A stretch of 64,000 bases of DNA from Oscillospiraceae bacterium. Its GTDB lineage: Bacteria; Bacillota; Clostridia; Oscillospirales; Oscillospiraceae. A model generated the notes under the pieces. That model ran no database searches, was not told where the DNA came from, and worked only from the letters and a program-made list of their open reading frames with translations. The DNA lies in contig JAFQIL010000027.1 in the NCBI GenBank assembly GCA_017397565.1, positions 3,481 to 67,480 on the forward strand, in the 5' to 3' direction. The number at the start of each line of letters is the position of its first letter. Position 1 is the stretch's first letter. A program made the position numbers and the translations under genes. This document shows positions 48,262-59,095 of the stretch, piece after piece.

Positions 48262-49590
48262 ATGTTGAAAGCAGGAATGGCCCGGGTAGACATCACCCCT
48301 CCCCAGGGTCTGGAATTGGCGGGTTATCCCCACTATCCCCGTAACAACACAGGCGCTCACGATCCTTTGTACGCCGCCTGCATGTACTTAGCTGACGGCG
48401 GCCAGGAAGTGGCCATGGTGACACTGGATCTGCTGTTCTTCTCCAAGAAGCACGTGGCCGAGGTTCGTCGCCGTACCGCCGCAGCCTGCGGTGTTGCCAA
48501 CGTGATGATCAGCTGCTCTCACACCCACTCCGGCCCCTGGGCCTCCGGTCGTCTGGACATCGAAAGTCTGGAAGCCGGCAAGGAGCAGCCCAAGGAATAT
48601 GTGGAAAGCCTGATCCAAAACATTACCAACATCATTTCCGAAGCCAAGGCCAATGCCTTTGATGCCGCCTTTGGTGCCGGCACTGCCGTCTGCGGCGCAG
48701 AGTCCGGTGTGGGCGGCAACCGCCGTATCCCCGGCGGCCCCCACGATCCTCTGGTCAGCGTCATGGCTGTCAAGGATATGGGCGGTAAGATCCGGGGCAT
48801 GTTTGTTAACTACACTCTGCACCCCACCTTCATCCACGAGTGGAGCAATGTCTGCACCGCAGACTATCCCTGCTACCTGAAGCTGGAGCTGGAGGAGCAG
48901 GAGCCCGGTGTTATCGTGGGCTTCTCTCAGGGTGCTTCCGGCAACCAGTCCAGCCGCTACTACCGTCAGGGCGAAAGCTATGACGAGGCTGAGCGCGTGG
49001 GCAGAATTTTGGGTAAGGCCGCCCACACCACTTTGGCAAAAATGGAGTGGACCTCAGAGCTTCCCATCGCCGTTGCCGGTTGCGAGCTGCCTCTGGAGCT
49101 GCGTGACTTCGGTACGGAAGAAGAGCTCGTCGCTCAGGTTGAGCATGACGAAGCTATTTACAAAGAGCTGTATGCCAAATACGGCAAGTCCACCAACCGG
49201 GATGAGTACTATCTGTGGCAGAATGCCAATTTGAAGCTGCTGGGCTCTGAAGATCAGCTGGGCTACATCCGGATGCAGAAGAAGGGTATCAAGATCGAGC
49301 TGCTGGACGACGAAGCTCCCATGGAGATCCAGGTCTTCAAGCTGGGCGGCTGCTGCGTTGTGGGTATCCCCGGCGAGGCTTTCGTGGAATACGGTCTGTA
49401 TGTCAAGGCCATGGCCGGTTTCGGCATGGTGGTATTCAACGAGCTGACCAACGGTGTTCTGCCCGGCTACCTGTACACTCCCGAATCTCTGGTCACAGGC
49501 GGCTACGAAACCGACACCTCCATGCTGGGTGAAAAGTTCGGTCCTCACATGGTAGAAGCCGTTCTGAAAACTGTAGAAAAAGTAAAGTAA
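48262..49590 (+). CDS. Neutral/alkaline ceramidase-like amidohydrolase
   Basis: DITPP, HDPL, SHTHSGP, HPT, ADYP and PGE motifs. Confidence 0.8.
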   Translation: MLKAGMARVDITPPQGLELAGYPHYPRNNTGAHDPLYAACMYLADGGQEVAMVTLDLLFFSKKHVAEVRRRTAAACGVANVMISCSHTHSGPWASGRLDIESLEAGKEQPKEYVESLIQNITNIISEAKANAFDAAFGAGTAVCGAESGVGGNRRIPGGPHDPLVSVMAVKDMGGKIRGMFVNYTLHPTFIHEWSNVCTADYPCYLKLELEEQEPGVIVGFSQGASGNQSSRYYRQGESYDEAERVGRILGKAAHTTLAKMEWTSELPIAVAGCELPLELRDFGTEEELVAQVEHDEAIYKELYAKYGKSTNRDEYYLWQNANLKLLGSEDQLGYIRMQKKGIKIELLDDEAPMEIQVFKLGGCCVVGIPGEAFVEYGLYVKAMAGFGMVVFNELTNGVLPGYLYTPESLVTGGYETDTSMLGEKFGPHMVEAVLKTVEKVK

Positions 49591-49602
49591 AGGAGAAAAA
49601 CC

Positions 49603-50550
49603 ATGAGCTTTGATACTTTCCGTCACGATTTTTACCCCTTTAAGAACCAGTCCGAGATCGACCGGGTTCGCAAAATCACCTTTGAAGACATCGTTGCCAT
49701 GAACGGCAAGCACCCCACCAACCCCAACATCAAGCTGGATGTGCGCCGCAACGACGAGTTTGAGATCGTTATGATCGCCGATATGGTCAAGCGGATCATG
49801 GATTCTGACCGTCTGGATCAGAAGTGTGTCATGATCATGTGTAACCCCAACCCCACCTACCGGAAGGTTGCCTATCTGCTGCATGAGCTGAATGTCAACT
49901 GCCGTAATGTCAAGTTCTACATGATGGACGAGTGGGCAGACGAGGACGGCAATGTGGCTCCCCTGACCTACAAGGCAGGCTTCGGCTACGCTTTCCAGAA
50001 GTACATGGTGGACAACATCATGGATCTTGGCTTCAAGGAAGAGAACTTCATTTACCACAGCAATGAGATCACTCCCATCTACTCCAAGATGCTGGAAGAT
50101 GACGGTGAAGCCGATATCGTTTACTCCGGTCCCGGCTGGCCCGGTCACTTGGCCTTCATTGACCCCGTAGAAGACTGGTTCAAGCCCACCATGGAAGAGT
50201 ACCTGGAGCAGGGCGCTAAGGTTGCCAAGCTGCATCCTCTGACCATTGCCCAGAACAGCCTCCACGGCGGCTTCGGCTGCTCCGGCGACATCAGCAGAGT
50301 TCCTCCCATGGGCGCTATGATGGGTCCCCGTGACGCCATGAAGGCCAAGAATGTGCTGGATATGCACGGTATCACCACTGCCGGTTCTCATGTCACCTGG
50401 CAGCGTCTGACCTCCCGTCTGTGCCTGTTCGGCGAGCCTGCACAGGAAGTTCCTGCTTCCGTGCTGCAGCTGCGTCAGAACCCCACTCACGTGATCATCA
50501 GTGAGAACCTGGCCGCTACCATTCAGGACGACGAATTCTTCCAGTATTGA
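49603..50550 (+). CDS. NagB-like sugar-phosphate deaminase/isomerase
   Basis: MDEW, G.G..GHLAF and PAS.LQ motifs. Confidence 0.75.
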   Translation: MSFDTFRHDFYPFKNQSEIDRVRKITFEDIVAMNGKHPTNPNIKLDVRRNDEFEIVMIADMVKRIMDSDRLDQKCVMIMCNPNPTYRKVAYLLHELNVNCRNVKFYMMDEWADEDGNVAPLTYKAGFGYAFQKYMVDNIMDLGFKEENFIYHSNEITPIYSKMLEDDGEADIVYSGPGWPGHLAFIDPVEDWFKPTMEEYLEQGAKVAKLHPLTIAQNSLHGGFGCSGDISRVPPMGAMMGPRDAMKAKNVLDMHGITTAGSHVTWQRLTSRLCLFGEPAQEVPASVLQLRQNPTHVIISENLAATIQDDEFFQY

Positions 50551-50574
50551 TTTCTTTCTCCAGGAGGGCAGCTT

Positions 50575-51333
50575 ATGCGGATCTTCGATTTTCACCTGCA
50601 CCCCGGCTATGATTTTCATGCTCCGGCTTTGGATCATGCCACCTTTACAGGTCGCTTAAAAGAAGATGGCATTGTCAAGTGCGCCGGCTCTTTTGCCGGC
50701 AAGGATTGCAGAAACCTTCCCATTGCGCAATACGCTCAGTTGATCCCGGAATATAACCGCTCGATCTGGGACTTTCATGATCTGGAGCCGGATTTTTTGG
50801 TTCCAGGCATCCACATCCACCCGGATCATGTGGATATGTCTGCGGCAGAGCTTCAGAAGCACCATGAAAAAGGCGGCACCCTGGTAGGCGAGTTGGTGCA
50901 TTACATGATGGGCTGGAATTACAGCCACCCCGGTCTTCTTCCCCTGCTGGATTATGCCCGGGAGCTTGACATGGTGGTCAGCATCCATCCCACCAGTGAT
51001 TTTGCCTCTTTGGAGCGCATCATGGACAATGTCCCCGGCTTGAAGCTCGTCCTGGCTCACTTAAGCGGCTACGGACTTTACGACCGGACGCTGGAATTTA
51101 TGAAAAAATACGAAACCGTGTACACAGACCTTTCTGCCCACGGTACGGATTTTGATACCACCGTTGCCGATGCTGTCAATAAAATCGGCAGCCAGAGGAT
51201 CCTCTACGGCACCGATTATCCCGGCTACAAGTCCCGTCCCTTTATCGACATTGTGCTAAATGCAAAGATACGGGAAGAAGAAAAGGAAAATATTTTCTAT
51301 AACAACGCTGCTGCTCTACTAAAAACAGTATAA
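50575..51333 (+). CDS. Amidohydrolase family protein
   Basis: DFHLH, GE, IH, AH and GTDYP motifs. Confidence 0.85.
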   Translation: MRIFDFHLHPGYDFHAPALDHATFTGRLKEDGIVKCAGSFAGKDCRNLPIAQYAQLIPEYNRSIWDFHDLEPDFLVPGIHIHPDHVDMSAAELQKHHEKGGTLVGELVHYMMGWNYSHPGLLPLLDYARELDMVVSIHPTSDFASLERIMDNVPGLKLVLAHLSGYGLYDRTLEFMKKYETVYTDLSAHGTDFDTTVADAVNKIGSQRILYGTDYPGYKSRPFIDIVLNAKIREEEKENIFYNNAAALLKTV

Positions 51334-51341
51334 CTTACGCA

Positions 51342-51385
51342 AAATAACGGGAGGATTTCTGTAAAGTCCTCCCGTTATTGATTTT
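51342..51385 (+). terminator. Intrinsic terminator
   Basis: AATAACGGGAGGA...TCCTCCCGTTATT inverted repeat followed by a T-rich tract. Confidence 0.75.
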
Positions 51386-51508
51386 TCAGAAATTTGCCAT
51401 TTTTTATAAAATTTAAACCAATATTAACTATTCCCCATTGATTTTGCCACAGAATATCCCTATAATATATAAGTTAACACACCAAACTTTAAAAAAGGAG
51501 CGTCTCTG

Positions 51509-54169
51509 ATGAAAAAAACCTACACCCAGTCCGCGGAAGAAGTCCTGCGCGATCTTGGTGCAACCCCTGAAGGCCTTACCACCGCTCAGGCAGAAGAACG
51601 GCTGGCCAAATACGGTCCCAATAAGCTTAAGGAAGCGCCGAAGCCTACCCTTATGCAGCGTTTTTTGCAGCAGCTGAAGGATCCTATGCTGATCATTCTG
51701 CTGGTAGCCGCCGGTGTTTCCGCGCTGACCGGCATGTTGTCCGGCGAAAGCGAATGGACCGAGGTCATCATTATTTTGGCTGTTGTTTTGCTGAACGCTG
51801 TCTTGGGCGTTGTTCAGGAAAGCAAGGCGGAAGCTGCCATTGAAGCCTTGCAGACCATGACCGCCGCTACCTGTAAGGTGCTGCGGGATGGGAAAATGGT
51901 CATTCTCCATTCCGACGAGCTGGTTCCCGGCGATGTTGTTCTGCTGGAGGCAGGCGATGCCGTTCCCGCTGACGGCCGTATCATCGAAAACGCCAGCCTG
52001 AAGATCGAAGAAGCCGCTCTCACCGGCGAGTCTGTGCCCGTTAACAAGGTGCTGGACACCCTGGGACTGACAGAAGGTCAGGAAGACATCCCTTTGGGCG
52101 ACCGGAAGAACATGTGCTACATGGGCTCCACTGTGGTTTACGGCCGCGGCAAGGCGGTCATTGTCAAAACCGGTATGGATACCGAAATGGGTAAGATAGC
52201 CGGCGCTTTGGCTGCTACCGCAGAAGAGCAGACCCCCCTGCAGAAGAAGCTGGACAGTTTAGGCAAAACGCTTTCCTTCCTAGTGCTGGGTATCTGTCTT
52301 TTTATCTTTGCTTTTAACCTGTTCATCGCCCGGGAGCAGCTGACCCAACAGGGCCATACCCTGAAGGTGATTCTGGAGACCTTCATGGTTGCCGTTTCTT
52401 TGGCAGTTGCCGCCATTCCCGAGGGCTTGGCTACGGTGGTTACTGTGGTGCTGTCCATCGGTGTTACCAAAATGTCCAAGCGTAACGCAGTCATCCGTCG
52501 GCTGACGGCTGTGGAGACTCTGGGCTGCACTCAGGTGATCTGCTCCGATAAAACCGGTACTCTGACCCAGAACAAAATGACCGTAGTTGACCATATTGGT
52601 CCTACTGAATTGGTAGCTACCGCCATGGCTCTGTGTTCCGATGCCAATCTGAACGAAAACAACCAGGCCGAAGGCGAACCCACCGAATGCGCTTTGGTGA
52701 ATTTCGCCTACTCTGTAGGTCTGCATAAAGCCCAGCTGGAAAAAGCAACACCCCGTGTGGACGAAGCTCCCTTTGACTCCGGTCGGAAGATGATGTCCAC
52801 CGTCCATGCCGTAGACGGAAAGTTCGTCCAATACACCAAGGGTGGCCCTGACGTGGTGCTTGCCAAGTGTACCCATTACTATGAAGATGGGGACATCAAG
52901 CCCATGACCGATGAAAAGCGCAGCCAGATCATGGCTGCCAACAAGGCCATGGCTGATAAGGCCCTGCGTGTTTTGGCCGCCGCTATGCGGAATTGGAGCG
53001 AAAAGCCTTCCGATAACACCCCCGAATTCCTGGAGCAGGATCTGATCTTCCTGGGTCTGACCGGCATGATCGACCCGGTTCGTCCTGAAGTCAAGGCCGC
53101 CATTGAGGAATGCCGCAGCGCCGGCATCCGGGCAGTTATGATCACCGGTGACCACAAGGACACTGCCGTGGCCATCGCCAAGGAGCTGGGCATCATCATC
53201 GATGCTTCTCAGGCCATTACCGGTGCCGAGCTGGACGACATCTCCGACGAAGACTTGCCGGAAGCTGTGCAAAAATACGGCGTTTACGCCCGTGTACAGC
53301 CCGAGCACAAGACCCGGATCGTCAATGCTTGGAAATCCCTGGGCGCTATCACTGCCATGACCGGTGACGGTGTCAACGATGCTCCCTCCATCAAGTCCGC
53401 AGACATTGGCGTTGGCATGGGCATCACCGGCACCGACGTCACCAAGAACGTTGCCGATATGGTGCTGGCTGATGATAACTTCGCCACCATCGTGGCCGCT
53501 GTTGGTGAAGGTCGTCGGATCTACGACAACATCCGTAAGGCCATCCAGTTCCTGCTGGCTTCCAATATGTCCGAGGTTTTGGGTGTGTTCTTTGCCACCT
53601 TGATGGGATTTACCCTGCTGGAACCTGTGCACCTTCTGTTTATTAACCTGGTTACTGACTGCTTCCCCGCCCTGGCTTTGGGCATGGAAGAAGCTGAGCC
53701 GGATACTATGAACCGCCCGCCCCGTAATTCCAAGGACGGTATCTTCTCCGGTGGTCTTGGTTTCGATGTGATCTATCAAGGCATTTTGGTCACCTTTTTG
53801 ACCATCGCTTCCTATATCATCGGACACTGCTTTGAGGCAGGCCGGTTTGAAATGCCTGTAGGCGTTTCTCCCGACGGCATGTCCATGGCATTCCTGACCA
53901 TGTCCATGTGCGAGATCTTCCACTCCTTCAACCTGCGGTCTCAGCGCAAGTCCATCTTCAGGCTGAAGAGCCACAACAAAATCCTGTGGGCCGCTATGCT
54001 GGGTTCCTTCCTGTTGACTTTGGCGCTGCTGTATGTACCCTTCCTGCGTAGTGCCTTTGGCTTTGAGTATATCAGCCTCACTGAGTTTGCCGTTGCCCTA
54101 GCTTTGGCCTTCCTGGTAATTCCCATCGTGGAGATCGTCAAACTCATCCAGCGCAAGCTGGCAAAATAA
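51509..54169 (+). CDS. Cation (Ca2+-type) P-type ATPase
   Basis: TGES, IPEGL, DKTGT, TGD and GDGVND motifs. Confidence 0.95.
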   Translation: MKKTYTQSAEEVLRDLGATPEGLTTAQAEERLAKYGPNKLKEAPKPTLMQRFLQQLKDPMLIILLVAAGVSALTGMLSGESEWTEVIIILAVVLLNAVLGVVQESKAEAAIEALQTMTAATCKVLRDGKMVILHSDELVPGDVVLLEAGDAVPADGRIIENASLKIEEAALTGESVPVNKVLDTLGLTEGQEDIPLGDRKNMCYMGSTVVYGRGKAVIVKTGMDTEMGKIAGALAATAEEQTPLQKKLDSLGKTLSFLVLGICLFIFAFNLFIAREQLTQQGHTLKVILETFMVAVSLAVAAIPEGLATVVTVVLSIGVTKMSKRNAVIRRLTAVETLGCTQVICSDKTGTLTQNKMTVVDHIGPTELVATAMALCSDANLNENNQAEGEPTECALVNFAYSVGLHKAQLEKATPRVDEAPFDSGRKMMSTVHAVDGKFVQYTKGGPDVVLAKCTHYYEDGDIKPMTDEKRSQIMAANKAMADKALRVLAAAMRNWSEKPSDNTPEFLEQDLIFLGLTGMIDPVRPEVKAAIEECRSAGIRAVMITGDHKDTAVAIAKELGIIIDASQAITGAELDDISDEDLPEAVQKYGVYARVQPEHKTRIVNAWKSLGAITAMTGDGVNDAPSIKSADIGVGMGITGTDVTKNVADMVLADDNFATIVAAVGEGRRIYDNIRKAIQFLLASNMSEVLGVFFATLMGFTLLEPVHLLFINLVTDCFPALALGMEEAEPDTMNRPPRNSKDGIFSGGLGFDVIYQGILVTFLTIASYIIGHCFEAGRFEMPVGVSPDGMSMAFLTMSMCEIFHSFNLRSQRKSIFRLKSHNKILWAAMLGSFLLTLALLYVPFLRSAFGFEYISLTEFAVALALAFLVIPIVEIVKLIQRKLAK

Positions 54170-54182
54170 TTCCCCAAATAAG

Positions 54183-54220
54183 CAAAAATAGGCACTTCGC
54201 TTTTGAAGTGCCTATTTTTA
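54183..54220. terminator. Bidirectional terminator
   Basis: AAAAATAGGCACTTC...GAAGTGCCTATTTTT between convergent genes. Confidence 0.8.
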
Positions 54221-54236
54221 TTTGGTTTTTTGTCAG

Positions 54237-54824
54237 TTACAAAATTTCCTTCACTTTTTCATAAACCGCCTGACCGAGAGCCAGGTGGTTCTGTGCATCC
54301 ATGTGGCAGCCATCTGCGGGGGATGCCTTGGCAAATTGGGCGGCATCCATCCAGTACGCGCCTACTTTTTCTGCCACTTCCGCGGTCATTTCGGGGAATT
54401 TCTGCGCAGTTCTCTCAATGGGAGAGATCAGCAGAAGCTTCGGTTCTCCGGGGAATACCGGAGAAGTGCCGGGGAAGCATTTGTTGGCCTTCATAATTCT
54501 GTCTGCCAAAACATAGAGTCCATCCCGGTAGCCTGCATGATCTGTATAGTGACCGTCGTTGGTGCCCAGCATCACGATTACCAAATCCAGCGGCTTTGCG
54601 CGATACAGGGAATAACCCAGTCCCTTGAGGCCATTTCGGCATTGGTTTGCCGGATCATCCCACATGGTTGTTCTGCCGTTAATACCGTCAGGAATCACTT
54701 CATATTCTTCGCCAAGCAACCGGGCCAAAACGCTTGTCCAGCGCACCTCTTTCGGATGACGGGTCAACACCCCGGGAACGCAACCCCAGGTATTGGAGTC
54801 GCCATAGCACAATATCGTTTTCAT
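54237..54824 (-). CDS. SGNH/GDSL hydrolase
   Basis: GDSNTWG, GRTT, GTND and DGCH motifs. Confidence 0.9.
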   Translation of the reverse strand: MKTILCYGDSNTWGCVPGVLTRHPKEVRWTSVLARLLGEEYEVIPDGINGRTTMWDDPANQCRNGLKGLGYSLYRAKPLDLVIVMLGTNDGHYTDHAGYRDGLYVLADRIMKANKCFPGTSPVFPGEPKLLLISPIERTAQKFPEMTAEVAEKVGAYWMDAAQFAKASPADGCHMDAQNHLALGQAVYEKVKEIL

Positions 54825-54938
54825 AAATTCTCCTTCAAACAACGAATGATACATCCTGTTTCATAAGAGTATTCTCAATTCTATCAAAGCATAAATTTAC
54901 ATTTTTAACCTATATTTGCACTGTCCGGCATCTTGCCT

Positions 54939-55403
54939 TTATCGGTTAAGCTTCTCAGGCAACGGGATGCTCCCCATATAATCATCCAGAATTTGTGCCG
55001 CCAGGGCTACCATCCGGGCGCAGGGTCGTACCTTATAAAACTCCGGGGTCCTGGGGGTGGGATTGGGGTCAGACGGGGGGTTCTTCAAAATCTCCCGGCA
55101 GACGATGCTCCCCATCTTCTCCCGAAACTTCCCCGCCAGCTCCTGTACCAACCGGTAATGGGCCATTTTAATCGTATCGTCACCGGGAGTTTCGTAGCCA
55201 TACAGGTAGCCTGCCACCATCAGCATCCCGCTGACCGCGCCGCAAACCTCCCGCATACGCCCCATGCCGCCACCGAAGGACGACGACATCCGGGCAGCCA
55301 CATCCCGATCCAGACCTGTCACATCACAAAAGGCCACCATCACCGCCTGAGCGCAGTTATAGCCGTTATAGAACAGCTCTGCAGCATACATACTGTGATC
55401 CAT
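54939..55403 (-). CDS. C-GCAxxG-C-C family redox protein
   Basis: NCAQAV, FGGG, CGAVSG and CREI motifs. Confidence 0.88.
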   Translation of the reverse strand: MDHSMYAAELFYNGYNCAQAVMVAFCDVTGLDRDVAARMSSSFGGGMGRMREVCGAVSGMLMVAGYLYGYETPGDDTIKMAHYRLVQELAGKFREKMGSIVCREILKNPPSDPNPTPRTPEFYKVRPCARMVALAAQILDDYMGSIPLPEKLNR

Positions 55404-55414
55404 TGTACGCCTCC

Positions 55415-56173
55415 TCATCTGGGCTCGCTGCGGTAAGGTCCATCACTGGGATGTCCGCTTTGCAGCTTTTCCATAGCCCGTGTCACCGCATCCCGGGAGT
55501 TTTTCCAATCCGCGCTGGCATTGCGGTAATCGAATTTCTCAATAAACCAATCCAGGTCACCTTTGACCCGGATCAGATTGTTCCTGGTCAGAGGAAGCAC
55601 CGTTTTATAAAACCATTCATATCGGTTGTTGGGCAGCTCTTCCGGAGCCATTTCCAAAAGGTGAATAAAATGGTACATACAAAAGCCCTTGCTGCTTTCT
55701 ACCCGGCGGCAGAATTCTTCATCCTTCAGCATGGCAAAAAAGGTTCGGAAGAATCTGTCCATATTGTCTTCGATCTTGTCACAGATAAAGCAAGAACCCA
55801 AGCGGTTTTTTGTCCAGGAAACCAGTTCGCTTTCCTCAGGCGCGCCTTTCTTGGCAAACAGCTTCCGCTTTTCCGGTGGCTCATAGCAGTCCATCCGGTT
55901 TTCCAGTGTCTCCAAAAAGCCCACATAGTAGGTTTGCAGGATCAAGGCATTGCCCAAAGCATTGCCGTAGTCAAACATTTTCTTCATATGATCCCGGCAG
56001 AAGCCTTTCCTGTCTGTAACGCCCCGGACATCCGGTTCCATATAGCTGGCGCAAGGGCCTACCGTATAACGGATGGCTGACTGCTCTGCCTGTCGCTCCA
56101 ACCAGCAAAAGGGGCACTCGTCACCGGATTCATAGGCTTCATGGATCGGCATGGTATCGATCTGTTCCCGCAT
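55415..56173 (-). CDS. Conserved Cys-rich protein (DUF6062-like)
   Basis: Duplicated CPFC..GFC.xH / CFIC..GFC.xH motifs. Confidence 0.75.
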   Translation of the reverse strand: MREQIDTMPIHEAYESGDECPFCWLERQAEQSAIRYTVGPCASYMEPDVRGVTDRKGFCRDHMKKMFDYGNALGNALILQTYYVGFLETLENRMDCYEPPEKRKLFAKKGAPEESELVSWTKNRLGSCFICDKIEDNMDRFFRTFFAMLKDEEFCRRVESSKGFCMYHFIHLLEMAPEELPNNRYEWFYKTVLPLTRNNLIRVKGDLDWFIEKFDYRNASADWKNSRDAVTRAMEKLQSGHPSDGPYRSEPR

Positions 56174-56258
56174 AGCTGCACCTCCTGTTTTTCCCTCAGT
56201 TTATCACAGGAAACCGTAAAAAGCAACCCGGAAGCCTGGGCTTCCGGGTTTTATCGTC

Positions 56259-58277
56259 TTAGGATTTTCTCTTTTTTCTGCCAAACAGGAACCAGCCAGT
56301 AACGCCAACAGCCAAAACCGCAACCGCCAGCCAAACAAAGTTTCTTCCGGAGGGCTGTTCTTCCACAGAACCGCTGTTGATTTTGGTTGCACCCTGATAC
56401 AGCCCCTCCACATAACGGGAGGTCTCTTCAGACAGGAACTGATAAGAAGTGCCCTTGCTCAGCAGCTCCTCATCGGGATAGACGATCTCACTTTCCGCAA
56501 GATACTCTTCCATATAGTCCTTGGCCGCAGAGATGGGAGATGCGTAGCAGATATAGTCCATATTGGCGCCGGAGATTTCCGGATCGCACATAAAGTTAAT
56601 GAACAATTCTGCCGCTTCCTTCTCTGTTGCGCAGCTGGGAATGCACATGGCATCGGTAAACAGGTTAAAGCCCTGATGCTCCGGCAGATAGAAGGCCAAA
56701 TCTTCATTCTCTTCCATCATCAGCATACAGTCGCCGGCATAGTAGGCGGCGATGTAGGCTTCTTCATTTTCCATGGTAGCGTAGATCTGATCCATCACAT
56801 ACTGCTGAACCAGCGGCCGCTGCTGGGCCAATTTATCCGCGCAGGCCTGGAGCTCTGCTTTGTCTGTAGTGTTTACGCTATATCCCAGCAGATACTGGGC
56901 GATACCGAAAGCATCCCGGGAATTGTCGATCATCAGGATCTTGCCGGCATACTTTTCGTTCCACATCAGCTCCCAGCCGGTGACATCGGCCTCATCCACA
57001 TACTTGGTGTTATAGAGGATGCCTACCGTACCCCAGGTGTAGGGAACAGAATATTTATTCTCCGGATCGTAGTCGGGGTTCTTAAACTGCTCATCCACAT
57101 AGGAGAAATTGGGAATGTTGTCGAAATCCAGCTCCAACAGCATACCTTCGTTTCTCATCCGGTGGATCATATAATCCGAGGGGATGATCACATCCACGCT
57201 GATGCCACCGTTTTTCAACTTGGAGTACAACACCTCATTGGACTCATACTCCGACATTCTCACATCGATATTCGGATAGCGTTTTTCAAATTCTGCCACC
57301 AGATCCATAGTACCGTCGGTACCGTCGGCCATGTTCATGCCCCAGTTGTAAACATTCAGCACCGTCTTATCCTGCCGCCCGTTGACAAACAGGAAGCCAC
57401 AGCCAACTACCATGCTTGCAGCCGCCACACCGGCGATCCACCGGCGGGCAATCTTCCACCCCCGGGATACCGGCCGTTTGCTGGCCCTTTTCCTGTCAGA
57501 CCGCAGTTGCAGCAGATTCATAGTCAGCATCAGCACAAAGATCAAGCCGAACAGCAGGGTAAACATGGCATAGACCTTGGGATGGATGGGTTTTTTCGTA
57601 TAGGTGTAGATTTCAACCGGCAAGGTCACAAAATCAGAGCCGGTGACAAAATAGCTGATAACGAAATCGTCCAGGCTCATGGTAAAGGCCATGATACCGC
57701 CGGATACCACACCGGGCATGATCTCATGGATGATCACCTTGAAGAAGGCCTTCACCGGGGTGCAGCCCAAGTCCATGGCCGCATCCGTCAGAGCCGGGTT
57801 CATCTGCTGCAGCTTGGGCATAACATTGAGGATCACATAAGGCAGTCCAAAAGTTACATGGGCCAGCAGCAATGTGCCGAAATTCAAAGATTCCCGCTGG
57901 CTCAGCAGTCCCGTACCCACAAAAACAAACAGCAGCGACAGGCTGACACCGGTGACGATATCCGGGTTTGTCATGGGGATATTGGTCAGACTCAAAACAG
58001 CCTTGCGCATCTTCGGCTTCAGGGAATGGATGCCCACAGCTGCCAAAGTACCGAAGGCCACAGAAATACCGGTAGACAGCAGCGCAATCAGGACAGAGTT
58101 GCCCAGCAGTCCCAGCAGATCCTTATCCCGGAACAGCTCTGCGTACTGTCCGAAGGTAAAGCCTTCGAAGTTGGTGATGTCTTTTCCCGTGTTAAAGGAT
58201 GCCACGATCAGCACCACCATGGGAATATACAGGAACACAAACATCAAAACCGTGAGGATGCGGTTTGCCTTTCTCAT
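56259..58277 (-). CDS. potCD: Fused polyamine ABC permease (PotC) and substrate-binding protein (PotD)
   Basis: N-terminal permease (DAAMDLG, SLDDF) followed by LNVYNW, PSDY and PYTWGTVG. Confidence 0.88.
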   Translation of the reverse strand: MRKANRILTVLMFVFLYIPMVVLIVASFNTGKDITNFEGFTFGQYAELFRDKDLLGLLGNSVLIALLSTGISVAFGTLAAVGIHSLKPKMRKAVLSLTNIPMTNPDIVTGVSLSLLFVFVGTGLLSQRESLNFGTLLLAHVTFGLPYVILNVMPKLQQMNPALTDAAMDLGCTPVKAFFKVIIHEIMPGVVSGGIMAFTMSLDDFVISYFVTGSDFVTLPVEIYTYTKKPIHPKVYAMFTLLFGLIFVLMLTMNLLQLRSDRKRASKRPVSRGWKIARRWIAGVAAASMVVGCGFLFVNGRQDKTVLNVYNWGMNMADGTDGTMDLVAEFEKRYPNIDVRMSEYESNEVLYSKLKNGGISVDVIIPSDYMIHRMRNEGMLLELDFDNIPNFSYVDEQFKNPDYDPENKYSVPYTWGTVGILYNTKYVDEADVTGWELMWNEKYAGKILMIDNSRDAFGIAQYLLGYSVNTTDKAELQACADKLAQQRPLVQQYVMDQIYATMENEEAYIAAYYAGDCMLMMEENEDLAFYLPEHQGFNLFTDAMCIPSCATEKEAAELFINFMCDPEISGANMDYICYASPISAAKDYMEEYLAESEIVYPDEELLSKGTSYQFLSEETSRYVEGLYQGATKINSGSVEEQPSGRNFVWLAVAVLAVGVTGWFLFGRKKRKS

Positions 58278-59095
58278 ACGATAACACCGCCTTCCTCATC
58301 CTTACCCAGCCGGTTCATAATGCCGGTACAAACCAGCACCAGAGCCATCAGCACCAGACTTAAAACAGCGCCCAGGTTGGGGTTGTCTCCCTGCTTAAAG
58401 AGTCGCTCGATCAAGTCGCCGATCAGCACCGTATCGGTGCCGCCCAGCTTTTGGGAGATATAGAAGGTAGACACCGCCGGCACAAACACCATGGTGATAC
58501 CAGAGAAAATGCCGGGAACCGACAGGGGCAGGATCACCTTGGTAAAGGTTTGCAGACTATTGCAGCCCAGATCCTCTGCCGCCTCGATCAGCCGGTTGTC
58601 GATCTTCACCAGTGTAGCATACAGGGGTAGGATCATATAGGGCAGATAGTTATATACCATACCCAAAATCACAGCGCCGGGAGTGCGGATCAGCTGCAGC
58701 CGTCCGATACCGATCCAATCCAGAAAATTATTGATGATGCCGGTATCCTGCAAAAGGCCTACCCAAGCCAGAGTCCTGAGCAAAAAGCTCATACACATGG
58801 GAAGCATCACCAGCATGTACAGGATCTTCTGCATGACCGGTGTACGGTGGGCGATATAGTAAGCCACCGGGTATCCCAGCAGCAGACACAGTCCCGCGGA
58901 AATCAGGCTGTAGAGCACAGACTGTCCCAGCACCGGCATATACATCCCAAGATCCCGAATGTTATCCAGGGTAAACGCGCCGGTGTCCGGGTCTGTCAAA
59001 GCGTAGTAGCCCACCACGCACAGCGGAATCAGTGTAAAAGCCACCATCCAAAGGATGTAGGGCACACTGAGCAAAACAGACTTATTCTTCCTCAT
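58274..59095 (-). CDS. potB: Polyamine ABC permease
   Basis: EAAEDLG motif; operon position. Confidence 0.88.
   Translation of the reverse strand: MRKNKSVLLSVPYILWMVAFTLIPLCVVGYYALTDPDTGAFTLDNIRDLGMYMPVLGQSVLYSLISAGLCLLLGYPVAYYIAHRTPVMQKILYMLVMLPMCMSFLLRTLAWVGLLQDTGIINNFLDWIGIGRLQLIRTPGAVILGMVYNYLPYMILPLYATLVKIDNRLIEAAEDLGCNSLQTFTKVILPLSVPGIFSGITMVFVPAVSTFYISQKLGGTDTVLIGDLIERLFKQGDNPNLGAVLSLVLMALVLVCTGIMNRLGKDEEGGVIV

Noticed and set aside
49054-58463. Long antisense ORFs (49054..50637, 52280..53974, 56676..58463)
   Set aside because: Shadows of well-supported genes on the opposite strand, caused by codon bias.
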